From Gemmatimonadota bacterium (GTDB lineage: Bacteria > Gemmatimonadota > Gemmatimonadetes > Palauibacterales > Palauibacteraceae), in the NCBI GenBank assembly GCA_039588275.1, contig JBDHAC010000027.1, positions 1 to 64,000 on the forward strand: DNA of 64,000 bases, in the 5' to 3' direction. Position 1 is the first letter of the stretch, and the number at the start of each line of letters is the position of its first letter. This document shows positions 57,899 to 64,000 of the stretch, in pieces. The notes under the pieces are model-generated. The model made no database searches. It saw only the letters and a program-made list of their open reading frames with translations, and had not been told where the DNA came from. Both the position numbers and the translations under genes were made by a program.

Positions 57899-59254
57899 TC
57901 ACATCACTCGTTCCCTGATCAGTTGCAGCATCAACTCCGCCCCCGCCTGCGCGGCGCCACCTCGTGAGTCCACGTAGCGCCGTCCGCGGTCGCCGATCCG
58001 ATTGCGGCTTTCCTCATCGAAGAGCCCCTCGATCGCCTCGATCAAGGAGTCCCGGGTCACTTCGATCGCCCCACCGACCGCGACCAGTTCGCCCGCTTCA
58101 CGCCGATCATGGCGGGGACCGAACAGGACCGGCACCGCGGCGGCCGCGGGCTCCAGCACGTTATGCAGCCCGGTGCCTCCGATTCCTCCACCCACGTACG
58201 CTAAATCGGCAGCCGCGTACAGCTCGGCCAGCGGCCCGATCTCATCAAACGCGACCACCTCGGCGCCGGCTTCGCCCCTGAGGCTCGCTTCCGGCTCGAC
58301 CTCCCCGTGGTTGACGCGTGGGGCTCCGCCAGGCGCGATCTCGGACCAACGAACGGCGCGCGCGCCGCGCCGCCGACAGGCGTCGAGCAGGCGCGTCAGG
58401 TGGGAATCGGTAGGCTGGTGCGGCGCTATTACCATCTGGATGCCGCGCCGCCGCACGTCCAGGGCGTCCTGCGCGGCGAGCAGCGCATCCTCGTCCTCGG
58501 GCCACGTGGACCCGGCCACGAGCCGCATACCTCCCGGCGGTCGGGGCGGCAGCGACGCCTCGAACCGCTCGCGCGCTCCACCCGGCACACGCGCACGCTC
58601 GGCGCGCGCGACCGCGAGGTCGAAGCTGGCGTCACCGGTCACGCGGAGCGCCTCCGGTCTCACGCCCATCCGCCGCAGCCGTCGAGCATCCTCGTCCGAA
58701 GCCGCGCCCACGAGCGACAGATCGGCGTAGACGGGGTGAAGGGCGGCGCGTGCGAGGGGTCTCATCCGCCGGCTTTTCCGGCGCACTACCGCGTTGATCA
58801 TTCCGACGGGCACTCCCGCACGCACGGCCGCCCGCGTCAGACCGGGCCACACATCCAGCTTCGCGTACACGAGGGCGTCCGGGCGTACGGCTGCCATCGC
58901 GCGCTGGCAATCCCGGCGTGTGTCGAGCGGTGGGTACGCGGCCTGGTCGGGCTCCAGGTGTGCGAGCGCGGCGGCACCGGAGGGGGAGAAGTGAGTCACC
59001 AGCAGCTGGATATCCGTCTGCCGACGGAGCGCCTGAACCGCGGGTGCGGCGCCCAGCAACTCACCGGCGGAGGCGCCGTGCAGCCACACGAGCGGTCCAG
59101 CCGCCCGCGAACGACCCCAGGTCTCCAGGAGACCCGCTGCGGCGCTGCGCTCGGCGATCATGGCTGCCTCGGACGGCCGCACGTGATGCAGAAGTGGTGC
59201 GACCCACCGGGCGAGCGCCGCCACCGTCCCGGATGCTCGTTCCGCGACGCTCAA
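57899..59254 (-). CDS. waaA: 3-deoxy-D-manno-octulosonic acid transferase
   Basis: WLHGASAGE, P.D, AGSTW, YVGG, HNVLEPA. Confidence 0.85.
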   Translation of the reverse strand: MSVAERASGTVAALARWVAPLLHHVRPSEAAMIAERSAAAGLLETWGRSRAAGPLVWLHGASAGELLGAAPAVQALRRQTDIQLLVTHFSPSGAAALAHLEPDQAAYPPLDTRRDCQRAMAAVRPDALVYAKLDVWPGLTRAAVRAGVPVGMINAVVRRKSRRMRPLARAALHPVYADLSLVGAASDEDARRLRRMGVRPEALRVTGDASFDLAVARAERARVPGGARERFEASLPPRPPGGMRLVAGSTWPEDEDALLAAQDALDVRRRGIQMVIAPHQPTDSHLTRLLDACRRRGARAVRWSEIAPGGAPRVNHGEVEPEASLRGEAGAEVVAFDEIGPLAELYAAADLAYVGGGIGGTGLHNVLEPAAAAVPVLFGPRHDRREAGELVAVGGAIEVTRDSLIEAIEGLFDEESRNRIGDRGRRYVDSRGGAAQAGAELMLQLIRERVM

Positions 59255-59301
59255 TGGCCTTCTGCGCTTCCCCCGTAATCGGGCACGGACTATCCTCTGG
59301 T

Positions 59302-60393
59302 GTGCGCTACCTGGGAAACAAGACGCGCCTGATCCCGTTCCTTCTGCGAGCCGTCGGCCGGTTCACGAGCGAGCCGGGCGTCGCCTGTGATCCGTTCTCG
59401 GGCACGGCGAGCGTGGCCAGCGCGCTCAAGCGGGCCGGCTGGCGGGTGCATGCGGGCGATTTGATGGCGTTCTCGTATGCTCTGCAAGTCGCTCGAGTCG
59501 AGCTCGACCGCACGCCTCGATTCGATCCTCACGTGCTTCCCGAACGAGAACGGAACGGATCCAAGAGCGCCTCCTATCGACGGGTCCTCGAGCACCTCTC
59601 CTGCCTCCAGGGTGAAGACGGGTTCGTCACGGAGCATTACACGCTGGCTGGCCACGAGGGGAGGGCGCACGGCCGAATGTACTTTGCGGCCGAGAACGCC
59701 CGCCGGATCGATGCCATTCGATGTCGCGTCGATCGGTGGTCCGAACGAGGGATTCTCGACCGGAGGCGCGCGCAGCTGCTCATCGCTACGCTGCTCGAGG
59801 CGGCGGATCGCGTCGCGAATACCACCGGCGTATACGCGTCTTTCGTGAAGACGCTGCAGCCAAACGCCCGTCGGCCGCTCGAGCTGCGGGCGCTTCGTGC
59901 AACCAGGCCGATCAACGGCTCGAACGGGTGCAGGGCGTATCTGGGACCCGCCGCCGAGCTGCTGCGGACGGTGGGTTCGGTGGATCTGGTGTACCTGGAT
60001 CCGCCCTACAACGGACGCCAATACCCCGGCTACTACCACATTCCGGAGCTTCTGGCACGGGGTTGGAGCGACCCGCCCGATCTGCGCGGCAAGACCGGCC
60101 TCATCCCGGACGAGGCCGAGCGTTCGGACTGGTGCCGGAAGCATCGGGCCCCGGCTGCGCTGCGAAGCGTGCTCCAAGCCACGGACGCGCACCATATCCT
60201 GTTCAGCTACAACGACGAGGGTTTGCTGCCCCGTCGGACGATCGCCGCCGCACTGCGTGAGTGGGGCAACGCGGACACCTACCGATGTTTGCAGCGACCC
60301 TACCGTCGATACCGCAGCGATGCGGATGGCCCGGCCCGGAACTACCGGCGCGACCGGGTCCACGAGCACCTTCACTACGTCGCGGCTCGTTAG
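59302..60393 (+). CDS. DNA adenine methyltransferase (D12/Dam class)
   Basis: RYLGNK, DPFSGT, YLDPPYN, SYN.EG. Confidence 0.88.
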   Translation: MRYLGNKTRLIPFLLRAVGRFTSEPGVACDPFSGTASVASALKRAGWRVHAGDLMAFSYALQVARVELDRTPRFDPHVLPERERNGSKSASYRRVLEHLSCLQGEDGFVTEHYTLAGHEGRAHGRMYFAAENARRIDAIRCRVDRWSERGILDRRRAQLLIATLLEAADRVANTTGVYASFVKTLQPNARRPLELRALRATRPINGSNGCRAYLGPAAELLRTVGSVDLVYLDPPYNGRQYPGYYHIPELLARGWSDPPDLRGKTGLIPDEAERSDWCRKHRAPAALRSVLQATDAHHILFSYNDEGLLPRRTIAAALREWGNADTYRCLQRPYRRYRSDADGPARNYRRDRVHEHLHYVAAR

Positions 60394-60461
60394 AAGGCAG
60401 CTGTGGGCTCGAGCGGGGTGTGAGCCTCGAACCGCCCGCGCGCAAGCGTTCCGGTGACCCG

Positions 60462-60764
60462 TCAGGACTCCCCGTCAGACTCCCATTCGCGCCTCGCATC
60501 GTCTTCGTCCTCGAGCGCCTCTTGTACGATGCGACGTGACTCGCGCTCGGTCGGATCCTCGGTCGGGAGGAGCCGCTCGGTGACACGGACCTCGTACTCG
60601 AACAGCATGCGGCGCAGGTCCCCGAGACGACCCATGATGAGTGGCAGATTCCGGAACAGCCGCTCGTCCTGATCCAGGCGCTTCAGCAAGTCGGCGAACG
60701 CGACGAGCGCTGCCCTCACCTCGCGCTCGGTAGGCGGTCTCTTGTCCTGTGAAGGATTGGACAT
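60462..60764 (-). CDS. Hypothetical helical protein
   Basis: 100-aa ORF with GGAGG RBS. Confidence 0.7.
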   Translation of the reverse strand: MSNPSQDKRPPTEREVRAALVAFADLLKRLDQDERLFRNLPLIMGRLGDLRRMLFEYEVRVTERLLPTEDPTERESRRIVQEALEDEDDARREWESDGES

Positions 60765-60882
60765 CGGGTCCTCCAGCTTGCCCTTCGCTTCGCCACGGGT
60801 CTGCTCGGGGCGCGGCGCCGAACCGGGCAGCGACCTGCTATGTTGTGAAATCTAAGGTCGGATTGGCTAGGGGGGCCGGCAC

Positions 60883-61947
60883 GTGAGCGTGCGCAACACA
60901 GGTGTGATCCGCGGCATTGCTTTCGGGGCTCTGCTCGTATGGCAGGGGTGCTCGCCCACGTACGTCCTGCGAGCGGGCTGGGAGGAAGCGCGCATCCTCT
61001 CCGCGCGGCGACCGATCCAGGAGGTCGTGCACGACACCGCGGCCCCCGCCGAGCTGCGCGCCAAGCTCCGTCTCGTTCAGGATGCACGCGATTTCGCGGA
61101 GCGCTCCCTCGGGCTTCGGGCCGGCGACAGCTTCACGAGCTTTGCCCAACTCACGCGCGACACCCTCGCGATCAATATTTCCGCGGCTCCGGAGCTCGGG
61201 CTCTACTGGAAGACCTGGTGGTTCCCGATCGTCGGGCGTGTGCCGTACAAGGGTTACTTCGACTTCGAGCAGGCGTTCGAGGAAGCCGAGCGGCTTGAGG
61301 CACAGGGATACGACGTGTCGGTCCGGCCGGTCTCCGCCTTCAGCACCCTGGGCTGGCTGCCGGATCCAATCCTCTCCACTACGCTGCGGCTCGACAGTCT
61401 GTCGCTCGTGGAGACAGTGATTCACGAGATCACGCACACCACGTTCTTTCCCGCCGGGCAGGCGAACTTCAACGAGAGCTTCGCGAATTTCGTCGGTAGC
61501 CGGGCGGCCATCGAGTTCTACTGCGAGGCCGTGGCCGACGCGGAAAAATGCGAGGTCGCACGGTCGCGCTGGGGCGATACACGCGAGTTCGGCCGCTTCT
61601 TCAATTCGGTCGCCGAGCCACTGAAGGAGGCGTACGCCAGCGACCTGTCGGAGGAGGCCAAGCGCGAGCGAAAGCGTGAGATCTTCCGCAACGCCGCCGA
61701 ACGATTCGAGACCGACGTCAAGCCACGCCTGCGGGCGGGCCGGTACGGATCCCTGGACCCGGCTCGGCTGAACAATGCATGGGTCCTGGCGCGTCTGCTC
61801 TATTACACGCGGCTGGATGACTTCGAACGGCTGGTTCAGCGGTACGGCTCGTTGGAGCCTTCGCTCCAGGCCGTATTCCACGAAGCCGCAACGGGGGATG
61901 CCTGGGAAGCCCTCGACCGTCTCATCGGGAGCTCGGACCGACAATGA
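60883..61947 (+). CDS. Putative zinc aminopeptidase lipoprotein
   Basis: Lipobox WQGC, WWFPIVG.VPYKGYF, AFSTLGW, HEITH..FNES. Confidence 0.85.
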   Translation: MSVRNTGVIRGIAFGALLVWQGCSPTYVLRAGWEEARILSARRPIQEVVHDTAAPAELRAKLRLVQDARDFAERSLGLRAGDSFTSFAQLTRDTLAINISAAPELGLYWKTWWFPIVGRVPYKGYFDFEQAFEEAERLEAQGYDVSVRPVSAFSTLGWLPDPILSTTLRLDSLSLVETVIHEITHTTFFPAGQANFNESFANFVGSRAAIEFYCEAVADAEKCEVARSRWGDTREFGRFFNSVAEPLKEAYASDLSEEAKRERKREIFRNAAERFETDVKPRLRAGRYGSLDPARLNNAWVLARLLYYTRLDDFERLVQRYGSLEPSLQAVFHEAATGDAWEALDRLIGSSDRQ

Positions 61948-62231
61948 CGACTGCCTTCAAGTGTACACGCTGCGAGCGCGACGGGGCTCGGCCTCTCGAT
62001 CGAGAGCCGTTCCCCAACGAGCTGGGTCAGCGGCTGATCGCCGAGATCTGCCACGACTGCTGGGAGGAGTGGAAAGAGCGGCAGATGCTGCTGATCAACC
62101 ACTACGGGCTCCGTCTGCAAGAATCCGAGGCTCGTGAGTTCCTCTACACGAACCTGCGATCCTTCCTGTTCGGCGAGGGAGACGCGGGGGCCGAGATCGA
62201 CACGTCGCAGGAAGGGTCGGTCGACTGGTGA
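61944..62231 (+). CDS. Fe(II)-trafficking/oxidative damage protection protein (YggX family)
   Basis: PFPNELGQR....IC..CWEEW...Q.LLINHYGL. Confidence 0.85.
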   Translation: MTTAFKCTRCERDGARPLDREPFPNELGQRLIAEICHDCWEEWKERQMLLINHYGLRLQESEAREFLYTNLRSFLFGEGDAGAEIDTSQEGSVDW

Positions 62232-62268
62232 GACGGATCGTACTTGACGCCACAATCGGTGAGGCGCG

Positions 62269-63000
62269 ATGAGCGATTTCGGACCCGAAACCTACGGAGA
62301 CACGATCGCCCCGCGGTACGACGACCTGTACGCGGGCCTCGATCCCACCTCCGCCGTTGACCGCCTCGCCGAGCTGGCTGGTGGCGGCCGCGCGCTCGAG
62401 CTGGCGATCGGGACAGGACGGATCGCTCTTCCGCTGCGCGAGCGGGGCGTGGATGTCCACGGGATCGACGCTTCGGCAGAGATGATCGCCCTCTTGCGCC
62501 AAAAGCCCGGTGGCGACGAGATCCCAGTCACCATGGGGGACTTCGCGGATGTGTCGGTCGACGGGACGTTCTCTCTGATCTTCGTCGCGTTCAACACCTT
62601 CTTCGCGCTCCTCACACAGGAGGACCAGCTACGCTGTTTCCGGAACGCGGCCGCGCGCCTCACTCCCGACGGGGTCTTCGTGATCGAGGCGTTCGTACCC
62701 GACCTGTGTCGCTTCGACCGTGGTCAGCGCGTGGCGGCCAGCCGCGTGGAGGTAGGCAGGGTGACGATCGAGGCGTCCGTCCACGACCCCGCGAATCAAC
62801 GCGTGGACACCACCCACATGTTCGTGTCGAACCAGGGTGTCGAGCTCTGCCCGTTGAAGATCCGCTACGCGTGGCCCTCGGAGCTGGACCTCATGGCGAT
62901 GCTGTCTGGACTCCGGCTGCGAGAGCGCTGGGCGGGCTGGGGGAAGGAACCGTTCTCGAGCGAGAGCGGCTTCCACGTCTCGGTGTACGCCGCGATCTGA
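62269..63000 (+). CDS. Class I SAM-dependent methyltransferase
   Basis: ALELAIGTGRI, GIDAS..M, GDF. Confidence 0.9.
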   Translation: MSDFGPETYGDTIAPRYDDLYAGLDPTSAVDRLAELAGGGRALELAIGTGRIALPLRERGVDVHGIDASAEMIALLRQKPGGDEIPVTMGDFADVSVDGTFSLIFVAFNTFFALLTQEDQLRCFRNAAARLTPDGVFVIEAFVPDLCRFDRGQRVAASRVEVGRVTIEASVHDPANQRVDTTHMFVSNQGVELCPLKIRYAWPSELDLMAMLSGLRLRERWAGWGKEPFSSESGFHVSVYAAI

Positions 63001-63081
63001 TCGGCTAGTCGGCCAGATCCGCTTGGCGGCCAGATCGTCAGCCGACCCGAAGCGTCAACCGACCCGAAGCGTCACGAAGCG

Positions 63082-64000
63082 TCAGCGGACGACGAGGTTG
63101 ATGAGCCGGTCCGGTACGTGGATCACCTTGCGGATCTCACCTCCATCCAGCTGCCGGAGCACGTTGTCCTCGCGCAGCGCCGCTTCCTGCACCGTTTCCT
63201 GCGAGGCACCGCGTGCGACGCGGACCATCGCGCGAAGCTTCCCGTTGACCTGAACGGGGATCTCCAGTTCGTCGACCACGAGCTTCGAGTCGTCGTGCTC
63301 CGGCCAGGGCGCGTGGTCGAACACGCTCGGCGACCCGCCCAGACGCTCCCACAGCTCCTCGGCGATGTGAGGCGCGATGGGGGCCAGCAGGATGACCATT
63401 GGCCGTACCTCGTCGACTGACGGCACCCGGCCCTCGGCCCGCACTTGATTCAGATAATCCATCAGCGCCGCGATCGCGGTGTTGTAGTCGAGGCTCGCCA
63501 GGTCCTCGGTGACCTTCTTGATCGTGCCGTGGAGCGCGCGCTCGATACCCTCGTCATCGAACCCGGTTCGCCCCTCCGACACCGCGCTCGTCACGCTGTC
63601 CCACACCTTGTTCAGAAAGCGCTCGGGGCCGGCGAGCCCTACGTCGCGAAAGTCGCCACCGACCTGGAACGGACCCAAGAACATGAGATAGGTCCGGAAC
63701 ACGTCCGCGCCGTAACGAGCGATGTACTCGTCCGGCAGGATCACGTTGCCGCGCGACTTCGAGATCTTGGCTCCCTCCTTGATCAGCAGCCCGTGCTTCT
63801 GGAACCTGTGATAGGGTTCCTCGAACTCGAGATGTCCCAGATCGTGGAGCACCATGGTCAGGAAGCGCGAGTAGAGCAGGTGAAGCACGGCGTGCTCTTC
63901 CCCCCCGATGTACATGTCCACCGGGAGCCATTTCTTCGTGCGCACGTCGTCGAACGGGCGATCGTCGATGTCGGTGCTCGGGTATCGAAGGAAGTACCAG
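63082..64000 (-). CDS. leuS: Leucine--tRNA ligase, 3' part (runs off the window edge)
   Basis: WYF, PVDMYIGGEEHAVLHLLYSRF, KISKS, VQVNGKLR. Confidence 0.95.
   Translation of the reverse strand, partial: WYFLRYPSTDIDDRPFDDVRTKKWLPVDMYIGGEEHAVLHLLYSRFLTMVLHDLGHLEFEEPYHRFQKHGLLIKEGAKISKSRGNVILPDEYIARYGADVFRTYLMFLGPFQVGGDFRDVGLAGPERFLNKVWDSVTSAVSEGRTGFDDEGIERALHGTIKKVTEDLASLDYNTAIAALMDYLNQVRAEGRVPSVDEVRPMVILLAPIAPHIAEELWERLGGSPSVFDHAPWPEHDDSKLVVDELEIPVQVNGKLRAMVRVARGASQETVQEAALREDNVLRQLDGGEIRKVIHVPDRLINLVVR

Noticed and set aside
63755..63772. KISKS instead of KMSKS in LeuRS
   Set aside because: Conservative variant that keeps the catalytic Lys; not evidence of inactivation

Overview
High-GC bacterial chromosomal window made mostly of core genes. 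Gene content and style suggest Gemmatimonadota, but that is inference only. Bases 1-14.2 kb hold a type IVa pilus/competence locus on the minus strand: comEA, pilB, pilT, pilC, fimT-pilV-pilW-pilX-like minor pilins, pilS, pilR and a major pilin cut by the window edge. It has three sigma54-type promoters, each paired with the same 25-bp IHF-like box. The rest includes tdh/kbl, rpe, moaD-moeZ, serA, transporters, csoR-copA with a clear CsoR operator, ccmABCD, a sigma70 factor, DsbA/VKOR, gyrA, uvrA, waaA, an orphan adenine methylase and partial leuS. No rRNA, tRNA, CRISPR array, transposase or prophage was seen. Most notable observations: (1) two copies of a ~302-bp non-coding, multi-hairpin MITE/REPIN-like element whose terminal inverted repeats co-vary, one inserted with a target duplication into a translationally coupled gene junction; (2) a G9 homopolymer frameshift at the prepilin site of a large PilX-like gene (phase variation or assembly error); (3) kbl broken by a ~61-nt deletion; (4) a small ubiquitin-like protein ending in Gly, coupled to an unknown partner; (5) a catalytically degenerate DEAD-box/DbpA protein.
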